From Eledone cirrhosa (taxonomy: Eukaryota): DNA of 64,000 bases. The notes below the pieces were generated by a model, which made no database searches, was not told the DNA's origin, and saw nothing but the letters and a program-made list of their open reading frames with translations. Position numbers and translations under genes: made by a program. Location of the stretch: the NCBI GenBank assembly GCA_964016885.1, contig OZ024744.1, positions 70,556,001 to 70,620,000 of the forward strand, read 5' to 3'. This document shows positions 29,479 to 42,750 of the stretch, one piece after another. Numbering within the stretch: position 1 is the stretch's first letter; each line of letters begins with the position of its first letter.

Positions 29479-32400
29479 TCTATATATATAAAACAGATGT
29501 CTGTCTGTTTGTCTATATATATAAAACAGAAGATGTCTGTCTGTTTGTGTAACGGCATGCATTTCTACATTTTACAACCGATTTGCACCAAATTTCATAC
29601 ATAGGTTTCTGAAGTCCTATTATGCGTCGTATTGTGCCCCCCTCCCCCGGGGCAGATAACCCCCTTAAGCTTCTCGCTTGGAGTCAGCAGTACTACTGCA
29701 TAAAGGCCCCATAATTCCTGCAGTTTGCCTCCCATCTTCACCAAAATTAATCTTTCGTTTGCTTATGGCCTACAAATAAATATGCAGGCATGCACTTGCG
29801 CAGAAATTCAGGTAGGGGACCCTTTGGGGGGGTGAGGGCAGTAAACCGACTTGATAAATGTTGAAGTTGATATCATCAATGCAACAAAACGTCATAACTG
29901 CTTGAGTTGGTGTTTGGTTTTCATGAAGCGAGACGTATTGGTTACCCATAGTTTATAAAGGAAGGTGAACACATGAACTTTTACTTGAACTTATCAAGGG
30001 GATCGGGGGGGGGGGGGGTGCAGTAAGCCCCTTCGATTTATCTATTGAAGTTCACATTAACACTGTATTAGTACCCGATAACTTTTGAAGTTTACGTTCG
30101 ATTTTAACTTTACCGGACACATTGGTTACCCATTGCCTAAAGATGATGTTGAAGACACTGTCTATACCCCGAACAAGCAAGGGGACCCCCAGGGGCCAAT
30201 AAGCCCCGGCGAGTCATTTATTGAATTTGGCTATTGTAATGCAGCAATGCGTCATAGCTTCGATAATTGGTAGTCCAATAAAACGAATTTCGACTTAGTT
30301 GTTATTCATGTACTACAGATGAAGATATAGTGAGGCACATTTACTTTCATTTCAATTCAGCAAGAGTACCCCCTCGGGGACAATGAGCCCAATCCATTAA
30401 CCTATAAAATTTCAAACTGCCACAATAAAAAAGCACCGTAACCTCGGGAGTTTATACTTGATACTTACAAAAACTAAACGAAATGGTTATTGCCTGCGAT
30501 AAGATAAAGCACCACACATTCGTTATCACTTGAATTTTGCAAGGGAAGCCCCTGGGGAGAGTAGTGAGCCCCTTTGGACCACTTTTAAAGTTCATATTAT
30601 GGTTGCAGCAAAGCATTTCAACTTCTGGAAATAAAAGCCAATTTAAACGAAAGTTGACGCATCGGTTACTCATGTCCTACAAATGGAGTAGCGAATTTTT
30701 AAATCCCCCTGACTTAACTTTAGTTTGATTAGTTAACTTTAGGATGATTGAATTTAATTTTGCACCCAGTTGTCTCCCCCGTGTAATTGCACCACAATTA
30801 AGTGCGGAATGGGGAGTCAAATTTTTTTCCTTGAACTTTGGCGTCATTTCATACTCCTAACCAAGAAAGCACGATTTAACCCAGGTGTAAATTTTAACGC
30901 CTACTGTATGTGGATTGTGCTATTTCACACTCACGCCTAAACTGTGCGAATGATTGATTAGTTTTTGCACCCGGTTGTCTCCCTCGTTTAATTGCACCTC
31001 AGTTAAGTGCGAAATGGCGACCTCTGGCCAACCACACATCAGTGAGTTGTGTTCAGTAGATTTCATCACACTTATTTGTATTATCTAACCAATCAGACAA
31101 CTCGAGTGTTGTTCATTGAGCGAAATCACTCCTATTTATATCGGTCAAGTCCGACCTAGGATCACACTTCTTTTTTGGCTTTTGACAAGTGGTAGGTTTT
31201 TTTACATACATACTCTCATAAGCTACCCCATGTTTCTGAAACGCATGCTTCTTCAACATTTGTCACCTTAAAGGAGGTTTAGTTAATGTGTTTATGGTCA
31301 TAAGGTTCCAGTTTATCATGCTGTGATTTTTCGGCCATTTTTGCCTGTATCCTTTCAATGGTTAGTACTTACTTAATGCTATGTTCGAACTGAACAAACA
31401 TACCGACACTTACATACCTACCACTGTAGCCACACTATTTAATTTCCTTTATCACAGGTAGTCCGTACGCTGCGTTGCCCCTAACTTAAAACTTGAAATT
31501 TGACTGGTACACAAAATCTTTCAAAAACATACCCACTTTCTCAGACCACATAGATTTATCATATTTTTCCACAATTTATATCTGTGTTTAGATTTGCTTA
31601 CTTAAACTTTATTTGTCCACTATTTATCGTCCTCCTTGGTTAATTTTCTAAAAACAATGCCCCCAAGAAAAGAACTTTCATTGGTCGATTATCTAATGAT
31701 GCAAGTAGGTCTAAGCGAAGGCGTCTCGCCGAAGATGTAAATGCGACTGCGATCAGGCTCTCACATAATGCTGTGCAGACGACAGCTGCAAGAGCGGGGG
31801 AGGATGACAGTCGGCGTGAACTTCGACGGAACAAAGATGCTGCCGCGACTGCTGCTGCTCGCGTTCGAGAGGATGAAGGATGATATGCCGTTCGACGAAG
31901 CAGGGACGCCACTGTAACAGCCGCTGCTCGTGCGCGAAAGGATGAAGGACGACGCGCCGTTCGACGAAGCAGGGACGCCGCTGCCACTACTGCTGCACGA
32001 AATACTGAAACCATAGAGCAACGACGTGGCCGACTTCTGCAAAGTGAACAGCGACGATCATCGTTACGTGGCATTTCTAGGACTTGCAATTCATGATGGT
32101 TGTTGAAGGCCTTTAACTACGACTCCTCCTCCGACTACGCTGTGCTTGCCTGGAAACCTGTACGTCTACAAGTCCCTTGACTCTCTGACTGATCCGGACG
32201 AAGTTGTTAATTATCCCACAGAATTTTTTAACTCCCTAGACCCTCCCGGATTGCCACCACACTTACTGCGACTTAAGAAAGATGCCCCTGTCATGCTCTT
32301 CGGGAATTTGGAAACCCGAAGGCTTTCCAACGGCACGCGTCTGGTCGTCCAAAAGGTGGTGCTTCATGTTATTGAGGCAACAATACTTACAGGATGTGGT

Positions 32401-33443
32401 AAGGAGGATACTGTCTTCATACCAAGGATACCTCTCATTCCATCCGGTAAAGACATTCCTTTCACATTCAGAAGGCTGCAATTCCCTCTCAGTTTCGCCA
32501 TGTCGATTAACAAATCACAGGGTCAGACGCTGATGGTCGTAGGGCTTAATTTCGAAGAGCCGTGCTTCTCCCATGGTCAACTATATGTTGGCTGGTCTCG
32601 AGTGGGAAGCCGACATAACCTATTTGCTTTTGAAACTCTCGAGAAAACCCAAAATATAGTCTATAATTATAGGCACACCATCCGCCAACAAGTAATCGCT
32701 GTTTTTTTGTTGTATAAGTGCTTACATTTGCTCTATCCGTGTTCTATTTTTGTCCTTTTGACAATACCACGTACGCCTCTGAGGTTACTTTTGCTATACG
32801 TTATAAATGTTCAATGTCTCCGTTTTACGCATTTATATGTTGCTATTACGCTTTGCTATCGATGTTCCGTAGTTTTAACTTAATTAATCTACTTTTCCCT
32901 CCATCTTATTTACACATTTTTTTGACATTCCAGCGTGATCTTGCCAAGGCCGTTTTTGTGGCCACCGACTGTTACATGCTTTTCTAGGTTACAATCTCAA
33001 ATAACAAGCAAAGCAAATACGACACACCAAAGTGGTGTGAAGGACTGTTAAGGGCCACCACCTCTAATCGGAGTCGTCTTTGCTGACAGCTCTGCCACTG
33101 GGACTTTTAAGAGTGAATGATCCAAGGCCCTCTTCAGGGCCACCAAGTTTAAATTGTTACCATCGGATTCATCTTTGCTGCCAACACCGCCGCTGAGATA
33201 TTTCAAAGTGAACGTTAAAAGCTCATCTTCAGGGCCACCAACTATAAATTGTTACCATCGGATTCGTCTTTGCTGGCAGCACCGCCGCAGAGATATTTAA
33301 AAGTGAACGTTCAAAGGCCCTCTTTAGAGCCAACACCTATAAATTGTTACTTCTATAGTCGTGTTTAACGGAAGTCTTTCGGTTATTTGAACGACAACTA
33401 TTGCATTGAGAGTTATACCGGACAACGCCGGGTACCTCTGCTA

Positions 33444-33444
<1 letters not shown>
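29479..33444 (+). mobile_element. Helitron, internally deleted
   Basis: A|TCTATATATATAAAA start (duplicated in tandem). 3' hairpin CCGGacaacgCCGG, then CTAG|T. PIF1 helicase remnant inside. Confidence 0.88.
31657..32670 (+). pseudogene. Helitron RepHel remnant: R/A-rich N-terminus joined to PIF1 helicase C-terminus
   Basis: YPTEFFNSLDPPGLPPH, NGTRL, FIPRIP, FAMSINKSQGQT and FSHGQLYV motifs. 66-bp repeats at ~31790-32000. Rep domain absent. Confidence 0.85.
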
Positions 33445-33489
<45 letters not shown>

Positions 33490-33535
33490 ACAATGATATT
33501 AAATAAATGGAAACTATATTTATAAAACCATATTT

Positions 33536-33596
33536 ATTCTATTATATATATATTTCAAGGGTACCAAAACTTCGGTACGCTTTCATCAGATAAAAT
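33536..33596 (-). ncRNA. Minimal hammerhead ribozyme within fold-back 33494-33680
   Basis: attttat-CTGATGA-aagcgtaccgaagttttggtaccctt-GAAA-tatatatat-a-atagaat. Confidence 0.72.
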
Positions 33597-34127
33597 ACAA
33601 AGTTTTGGTACCCTTGAAATATATATGATAGAATAAATATGGTTTTATAAATATAGTTTCCATTTATTTAATATTATTGAATATTATACTCCAGAAATAC
33701 TGTCGAGTGCTCTGAATCAGTTATAAACTGTGGGTATGGTGTGGTGTGCGGTGGCCTGAAGCTGGGGAGTGTTCGACCGGAAGAGTGCTTGACCGGAAGG
33801 GTTCTTGGCCGGAAGGGTGCTCGACCGGAAGGGCCAGCAGATCAGTCTCTCTCTCGAGGTGATCAAACGGTGTGGACGCTAGTTTGGCAGCTCCCGGGTG
33901 TTAATGAGTTAGACGCACGTGGAAGAGGAGAAACCAGCCATGGGATTTAGCGGCGCCTATGAAAAGCGATAAGTGAGATAGCTTTTTCTAACCACAAGCT
34001 ATTTCGGCACTGGAAACTGAGATCTGATTGAAAAAAAAAAAAAACTTTCTCGAAAACAAACCACTGGAAAAACAGAGAGGAGTCTGTTGTTGTTTTTTTT
34101 ATCACGTACCGCAAGACAAATTAGGAT

Positions 34128-34889
34128 ATGGCGATGAAACTACGAACGAGCGAAGCGATTAGGGCATTTACCGGTGAAGGCGATGTTGTCGCTTGGCTGC
34201 GAAAAGTCCGGCTGCTCGCAACCTTACAGAAGATAGAAGATGTGGCTGGCCTCATGGCACTGTACCTCCAGGGGGATGCGTTGGTACTCTTCCTTGAGTT
34301 GGATGAACACAGCCAAAGTGATGCGCAAAAGATTGAGAGGCGCATGATGGAAGCGTTCGCGGAGGGACCGTTAGCCGCTTTTGCTAAACTGGCAAGAATT
34401 AGATGGAACGGTGAACGCGTTGACATTTTCGCAGCTGAAATACGGCGACTGGCCATGTTGGCTGGATATCAGGTGGAATGCGAACGCACGGTGCGGTTGG
34501 CGTTCATAAATGGATTTCCAGACGACATAGCGGTGAAACTGCAGCAAGTCCCGAGTTACAAAGAAATGGAGATGCGTTCACTGGTGGAGCAAACCCGCAT
34601 CATAGCAGAAGATGCCAAGAAGAGTGTCGCGGCGATAGCAACTACAGAGGCTCAAGACAGCTGGCAGCGAAATGGTGAAAGGGAGGCAACCACGGCACGC
34701 GGTCACCCGCGAACGTTTAGAGGTCGCTGTTTTAGGTGCCAGGGCCCGCATATGACGAGAGACTGTAGAGAGTCAAGGCCGGAAATAATATGCTACCGGT
34801 GTAAGCGACCAGGCCACATCGCTACTAACTGCGACCAGGGAAACGATCCAAGGGGAACTACTGCGCCGGTAGTTTCCCCTTACGAGTAG
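34128..34889 (+). CDS. gag: Gypsy Gag with two zinc knuckles
   Basis: 253-aa open frame with CFRCQGPHMTRDC and CYRCKRPGHIATNC. Confidence 0.88.
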   Translation: MAMKLRTSEAIRAFTGEGDVVAWLRKVRLLATLQKIEDVAGLMALYLQGDALVLFLELDEHSQSDAQKIERRMMEAFAEGPLAAFAKLARIRWNGERVDIFAAEIRRLAMLAGYQVECERTVRLAFINGFPDDIAVKLQQVPSYKEMEMRSLVEQTRIIAEDAKKSVAAIATTEAQDSWQRNGEREATTARGHPRTFRGRCFRCQGPHMTRDCRESRPEIICYRCKRPGHIATNCDQGNDPRGTTAPVVSPYE

Positions 34890-34895
34890 AGGCGC
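34838..34895 (+). promoter_or_regulatory. -1 ribosomal frameshift signal (also 6079-6136)
   Basis: G GGA AAC heptamer in gag frame, short spacer, stem AGGGGAACTAC/GTAGTTTCCCCT, loop GCGCC complementary to downstream GGCGC. The protease is in the -1 frame. Confidence 0.75.
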
Positions 34896-37660
34896 TGCCG
34901 GTGGTGGAAGTCTTCGTGAGGGGAAAGCTACAGCGATCCCTCGTGTACACGGGCTGTACGACGACACTGGTGACCGCGGGGGTGGCGCAGAGGTAGAGAG
35001 GGAAGAGCAGCGTAATGGCAGTCGACGGCAAGAAAATTGAATGCCGAGGTTGCAGCGGGTTGGAGATAGCGGTACGGGGAAGGAAAATAAGGCTTTCTGC
35101 CATCGTAGTTGACAACGTGGTGGGTGGGATCGGCGTGGTTATGGGCATGGACGCAATTGGCCGTCTAGGAGGCGTCACAGTGAACAACGTCGGTGTGTCG
35201 TTTGGCGGCGCTGCATCGGTATGCGCTGTGAGTACGCGACAGGAGAACCAGAAGGCCCACGAGGAGAAATACGCCACTTACACTGTGCAGGACAAAGACT
35301 TACTGGAAGGGAGAACCACCAACACTGAAGACCAAAGTCGGCTGCTATCAACACACATTGAAGGGAGACATTAGGAGCGAGTTCGACCGAGAGGTAGAGA
35401 GATGGATTGAGGAGGGCATACTGCTTCCCTGGAAAGAGGAGGTGAAGTGCGGAGTATTGCCGTTAATGGCGGTGGCGCAACCCACGAAGAACAAGGTGAG
35501 GCCGGTACTGGACTTTCGGGAGCTGAACGAGCACGTGTCATGCCACACGGGTGGCGAGGTCACGGATGTCTGTGGGGAAACCCTGCGTGAGTGGAGACGC
35601 CGGACGGGGGGTTCCACAATCGTAGATCTAAAGTCGGCATACTTAATATTACACATAGATGAGAAGCTCTGGCAGTATCAGCTGGTCAGGTATAAGGGCC
35701 GGACATATTGCCTGACCAGGCTCGGTTTCGAGCTGAGCTCCGCACCGAAGATCATGGCGGGGGTCCTCAAGACCATTCTGGGAAAGGCCGACAAGATGAA
35801 GAGGGCCACTAATTCCTACATTGACGACATCCTAGTAGACGAGTCTGTAGTGTCGGCGGCGGAGGTCACGAACCATTTACAGGGGTATGGACTGGCTGCG
35901 AAGCCATCAGAAGCGTTGGAGGAAGGAGCCGCGCTGGGACTTGGGCTACGGTGAGACAGGACGGGCGTCTTGGTATTACAGAGGGGAAATGAAGTTCCAG
36001 AACTGGGCCCAAGTATGAGTAGGCGGGAGCTTTTCTCGGTGTGTGGAAAGTTGGTGGGTCACTACCCGATAGCTGGGTGGCTCCGGACGGCATGCAGCTA
36101 TGTCAAGAGACGAGCGGGAGGAGTGACTTGGAGTGACAGAGTGGGAGAGAGGGCGGTGGCCATGATGCAGGAGATCGTGGGGAGGGTGAAGGCCGACGAC
36201 CCAGTGCGGGGACGCTGGTATATTCCCAAATCGCAGAGCGGGACCGTATGGTGCGATGCCAGCAGCATAGCGCTGGGTGTCACGTTGGAGATAGGAGGTG
36301 TTGAGGTCGAGGATGCAGCCTGGCTTAGGAAGAAGGACGACTGCAACCACATCAATGTGGCCGAACTGGACGCGGTGTTGAGAGGGGTGAACCTCGCCCT
36401 GAGGTGGGGACTGCGCATCATCGAGATACGCACCGACTCGGCTACTGTACTCGGATGGGTGAGATCAGCGCTCACCAGTGAGAAGAGAGTGCGAACGAGA
36501 GGGGCGGCGGAGTTGCTGATAAAGCGCCGCCTGGGAACTTTAGGAGAGCTGGCCACCAAGTTCGACCTGAGGCTGAGCGTAGTTTTCGTGCCCTCAGAGT
36601 AAAATAGGACGGACGTCTTAACTAGGGTGAAGAAAGCCTGGATGGAAGCGTCGGAGGAGGTAGAAGAGGAGATAGCTACCGTGTGTCGGCTCACCGAGTC
36701 GGATCTGAAAGGGTTGCATGACATGCACCACATGGGAGTGGATAGGAGCCTGTTCCTAGCCAGGAGAATCGACTCGGACGTTTACAGACACAGTGTTCAA
36801 AGGGTGGTTAGAGGCTGCGTCCGATGTCAGTCGATTGATCCCGCCCCGGGTGTGCACGAAACGGGAAGCCTCTCGGTGGATCGCGACTGGAAGCGATTGG
36901 CGGTGGATATAACGCACTACCGACAGGGAACGTAACGCACCTCTCGATGGTCGACTGTGGACCAGGACGGATGGCGATATGGAGAGAGATGAAGACTGGA
37001 ACGGCCGAGGAAATCATGCGGACGTTGAGAGAGGTGTTCTTGGAGCGGGGCCCTGTGGACGAACTGTTGATGGACAACAGCGCAGCGTTCCGTTCGGAGG
37101 CGCTGAGGGAGATGCTCGATGGATGGAAGGTGGACCGTTTCTTCAGAGCAGCGCACAGGCCGAGCGGAAATGGAATTGTGGAGCGACACCACCGGACGAT
37201 CAAGGCAATGGCGGAGCGGGGCCACATCTCACCAATGGAGGCAGTGTTCTGGTACAACATGTCCCCTCGGGTGGGACAGGTTGAGGAATCGGTGCCACAC
37301 AGAGCAGTATTCAGATACGAGTGGCGGCACCCGTGCACGCCACCACAACGGCCAGTGGGGAGAGAGAATGCATTCGTGCAGGTGGGCGAAGAAGTCTGGG
37401 TTAAGCCCCCAGATGCACGTTGCACATCTCAATGAGGAAGGGGAACGGTGACGGCCGTAAATTCCCAGAACAATGTGTCTGTGGACGCAGTACCACGTCA
37501 TCTCCTGGATGTCCGTAGAATCACTGTGTCAACGGACTCCGAGGAAGAGGAAACCCAAAGTGCCGCCCCAACACTGCGAAGATCACAAAGAAGTCGCAAA
37601 CCACCAACCTGGACAGCAGACTTTCATATGCAGAAGGACGAGGGGGAAATTGATCCTTGA
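34890..37660 (+). pseudogene. pol: Gypsy pol (PR-RT-RH-IN) with stops and frameshifts
   Basis: ORF fragments 35015-37660. Integrase HHCC, LLMDN and GNGIVER motifs. Confidence 0.9.
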
Positions 37661-37977
37661 GATCAGGGGGGGGGGGTATGGTGTGGTGCGGTGCGGTGTG
37701 CGGTGGCCAGAAGCTGGGGAGTGCTCGACCGGAAGAGAGGTTGACCGGAAGGGTGCTTGGCCGGAAGGGTTGTCGACCGGAAGGGCCAGCAGATCGGTCT
37801 CTCTCTAGTGTTGATCAAACGGTGTGGACGCTAGTTTGGCAGCTTCCGGGTGTTAATGAGTTGGATGCACGTGGAAGAGGAGAAACCAGCCATGGGATTT
37901 AGCGGCGCCTATGAAAAGCGGTAAGTGAGATAGCTTTTTCTAACCACATAGACATTTATATTTGTTGAATTACCAAC

Positions 37978-38052
<75 letters not shown>

Positions 38053-38239
38053 CGAAAGAAATGTGGTAAGGAACCAGGTGGACCATAACGCACCAAAGTA
38101 CTCAATACTTAGGGTAGTAGAGTGGGTAATAGGAACCAGTAAAACCCCGGCGGCTGAGCTCAAGCCGTTTCGACGGCTAATTCTGGACTAATTAGCCGTC
38201 GAAACGGCTTGAGCTCAACAGTCGGGGGTCTTACTGGTT

Positions 38240-38952
<713 letters not shown>

Positions 38953-39586
38953 ACATATATCCCCCTCTTCTCCCTCATTCCTCTTCTATTTCTTCGTTTT
39001 CTTCCTTCCTTCCCTCTCCTTCTTGGCTATCTTTTCTTTTCTTCTTTCTCACCCCTTCTTTGCTTTTATTTTTGTCATTATTATCTTTATCTTTATTTTA
39101 TATATATATATATATTTATCTCTTTATATCTCCCCCCCCCCTCTCTCTCTCTCTCCCTCTCTATCCATCCCTCCCACTATGATCAATTTAATTCTCTTTA
39201 ACTCACTACATTCCACGACATGAAGTCTGCTATCAAAACTGACCAAGGAATCCTTCCACCTCTACCCCTCCCTCCATCTCAGTTTGTCACTCTACTTCCT
39301 ACCTCTTCCCCTTCCTCTCTCTCTATACTATTCCGTTTGTCCCGTCACCTTCTGATTCCTCTCTCTCTATACTAGTAAATACAATCCAAATAAATGTTTT
39401 TCTCTATATATTAAGAATTATTTCAAGAGTAACATACTATTTTGAAAATTAGGACTGTGAACAACAATTATAATTGAGTGGCTGCTATTTGCAGTATAGC
39501 AATATAAGGTTGCACTTACCAATGAAACGGTCGTAAATACCTGGATAAAATCCTTCTCTTAATGCTTACCTGTGTTTTCTCTTTTA

Positions 39587-39639
<53 letters not shown>

Positions 39640-39789
39640 GTGTGTGTATAGTTGTTATATAGTAGGGTGCATTATTGGTTGTGTAAAATGGTCCAACAAC
39701 TTTATGTTAGCAATATTAAGTTCTCCACGCTTTTGTATATCTCCAATTCCATTCGAGGGAACAGCTAGATGATGTAAAACGGAGTATAA

Positions 39790-41889
39790 GTATCAAAATG
39801 AAAATCCGAAGGCAAGGTAAAATTCGAATCATTTAATCACGACACATGTTTCAATAAGAGATAGATCGATTGTGAAGCCATGATCGATTATCACTGATCT
39901 CATCAGGTGAAAATGAATTGTCTTCAAATTCTTGATATGAGGGAGAAAAAATAACGATGTTCTCTCACAGAATTCATTCCCTCATATGGAGACACACCAG
40001 TCAGTCAGAGACATGGCGACTGTTATTAGCTTTAGTTAAGGTCATAAAAGTTTTCAGATTTCTATCGCTGCAAAAGACGCTGGACATCAATCAAATCTGT
40101 AGGGATACAGTCAGTCACAGTTAAAAGTGAGTGGGTACACACACACTCCACACCAACATACATCGGCTCGAGGTCAAAGAAAAATATATACACACATCAA
40201 CACAGTATTAAAGCCGTAGAATTAGCGTGGGTGGGTACACACACACTTTCACACACACCGAAGCGATGTCCGAGAAAAAAAACAAATATAATAAAATAAA
40301 TATAAGAATGTACCAACACAGCACTCACCGAAAGTTAGTTCACAAAGCAACAGAAGCTATGTCGGTCAAATCTCAATCTGACTATGTAAATTGGAAATAT
40401 TGGGTTAACCAACGCTTCACACATACACACACGCGCGCGCGCGCGCGCAAGTAAGTTCAGTTCAGTGTTCTGCTATACGTGTATAGATCGAATTAAAGGC
40501 GGCCCCCTATTAATTAATAAAAGAGCAGATTTTTTCAGCAACTGTCAACATAGAACCTCGAAAACCTTCTGCAGGATTTTTGGTAGGTAACCTACCAATA
40601 ACTCCTCCCTCTCTTCGTTAGCCATAGAGTTCTCTCAATAAACGGACAGTCACACACTCAGGTAGTTAGACGGCTAAGATTGTTTGCGCACTTGCAAACG
40701 ATACTCGGCCTGTTTCCACGGAGTTCTCACAGCTGAGTGCTCTCTTTTAGAATACCTAGCTAGTAAATAGTTAGATTGATTATACACTTAGTTAGGACCG
40801 ATTACGCTCTCTATACATAGCTCTACACACAGTACCCGTTTCCTTTAGACATTGAGCTCCCACAATTACGACTGTCACGTTCCTACCGACTGAACACTAC
40901 ACCAGGTTTTGATGCGTGATCATCTAACCATGGAGGACTCACTGTTACGGATCGAACAATAATACTGACACACCATTAATGGGCCTACACACATCCTTTG
41001 GATTTTACTGTCCTGTGTTTTCTTACTTCACCTTCTGTGTTGGATAACACACCTCCACCACTCAAACAACTATCTTAAAAGCTCATTGGCCCATGTGACG
41101 GGAAATCGCACTTGCGGACGCATTTACCCAATACCCAACCCTACACGGAGCCAATTGCCGGCCCACATTGCAGTTGCTTGCACGCACGGATTCTCAACGG
41201 GACAGCGGTACACAAGGAGTTCGACATGAGCTGATTGCTTGCTCTTCACATGTAGCGTTGGTTAACCCAATATTTCCAATTTACATAGTCAAATTGAGAT
41301 TTGACCGACATAGCTTCTGTTGCTTTGTGAACTAACTTTCGGTGAGTGCTGTGTTGGTACATTCTTATATTTATTTTATTATATTTGTTTTTTTTCTCGG
41401 ACATCGCTTCGGTGTGTGTGAAAATGTATGTGTACCCACCCACGCTAATTCTACGGGTTTAATACTGTGTTGATGTGTGTATATATATGTATATATTTTT
41501 ATTTGACCCCGAGCCGATGTATGTTGGTGTGGAGTGTGTGTGTACCCACTCACTTTTAACTGTGACTGACTGTATCCCTACAGATTTGATTGATGTCCAG
41601 CGTCTTTTGCAGCGATAGAAATCTGAAAACTTTTATGACCTTAACTAAAGCTAATAGCAGTCACCATGTCTCTGACTGACTGGTGTGTCTCCATATGAGG
41701 GAATGAATTCTGTGAGAGAACATCGTTATTTTTTCTCCCTCATATCAAGAATTTGAAGACAATTCATTTTCACCTGATGAGATCAGTGATAATCGATCAT
41801 GGCTTCACAATCGATCTATCTCTTATTGAAACATGTGTCGTGATTAAATAATTCGAATTTTACCTTGCCTTTGGATTTTCATTTTGATA
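39790..41889. repeat. ~625-bp inverted repeat pair around an ~840-bp unique spacer, each arm with a hammerhead
   Basis: 39790-40416 is the reverse complement of 41253-41889, with a few substitutions and indels. Confidence 0.9.
41770..41843 (+). ncRNA. Hammerhead ribozyme with canonical GUC triplet (mirror at 39837-39910 -)
   Basis: tcac-CTGATGA-..gataatcgatcatg gctt cacaatcgatctatc..-GAA-ACATGTGT-C-gtga. Confidence 0.78.
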
Positions 41890-42407
41890 TGTGTGTGTGT
41901 GTTTGTGTGTGCATGCACGCACGTAAAATATATGTAAATATGTCTACGTCCCTGAGTATGTATTATATGCTTCTGTGTGTATCATGCATCGGGTTTTTTT
42001 TTCCTTCTGTGTGAAATTCACACGTTCTCTATTGTAACAACTGTTCGTGGTCCTTTCAAAATCGTATAATTAAGTGTCACTCTGAAACAATGGGCGATAC
42101 TTGGTTTTTAGTGTCCTAAATGATCATCATCGACAATCAGTTATTAGCTCCACCCACTACACGATACGTCACGACACGTCATCAGCTGCTGTTGTTGCTT
42201 GGTTTTTACCTTACATGCTTCATTTTTACACGGAAAAACATTGAATTTTTATAATAAATATTTATTAAAATATTAACAGAGAAAATTAGAAAACAGAAAA
42301 ATATTGTTGCGAAACAATTTTTAACAGCAGAAAAAAAATGTCTTTAAACAATATATTAGTGCGATATACAGTATTTCTTTTACAGCAATATTTTTCTACA
42401 TGAAATC

Positions 42408-42640
42408 CCTGATCGTACTGCTGAGACTCTGCTGCCTCTCATTGAAAGGCAATGTGCAAATGGATCGATGATCCATACAGATGAGTGGTGGGCATACAAT
42501 CAAATACCAAATTTGCCTGGTCGTTATACACATCTGACTGTCAATCATTCGCAGCATTTCGTTGATCCCATATCAAGTACACACACGCAAAATATTGAGT
42601 GGATCTGATCTCATGCCAAAAAAAAACTGAAACGCATCAA
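42408..42640 (+). pseudogene. Merlin/ISXO2 DDE transposase fragment (absent from ORF track)
   Basis: PDRTAETLLPLIERQCANGSMIHTDEWWAY..HLTVNHSQHFVDPISSTHTQNIEWI*SHAKKKLK. Confidence 0.88.
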
Positions 42641-42750
42641 TGTTAAAAATGTAAAAATGAATCATAGTTTTTCTGTGAAAAACTGTAAATAAATATTTAT
42701 TTTGTTAAAAAAATAAATCAAAAATCTAATTTTCTCTGTTAATATTTTAA

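Larger units (their letters stand above)
33729..37948 (+). mobile_element. Ty3/Gypsy LTR retrotransposon, copy 2 (defective)
   Basis: LTRs 33729-33996 and ~37677-37948, G-rich PPT before the 3' LTR, imperfect TSD TAAAC/TAGAC. Confidence 0.92.

Noticed and set aside
32146-32883. Host PIF1 helicase gene
   Set aside because: Only the C-terminal part is present, it is degraded, and it lies between Helitron termini.
42408-42640. Bacterial IS1595 contamination or recent horizontal transfer
   Set aside because: Long TIRs, 8-bp TSD and decay in a eukaryotic repeat context fit the eukaryotic Merlin superfamily.
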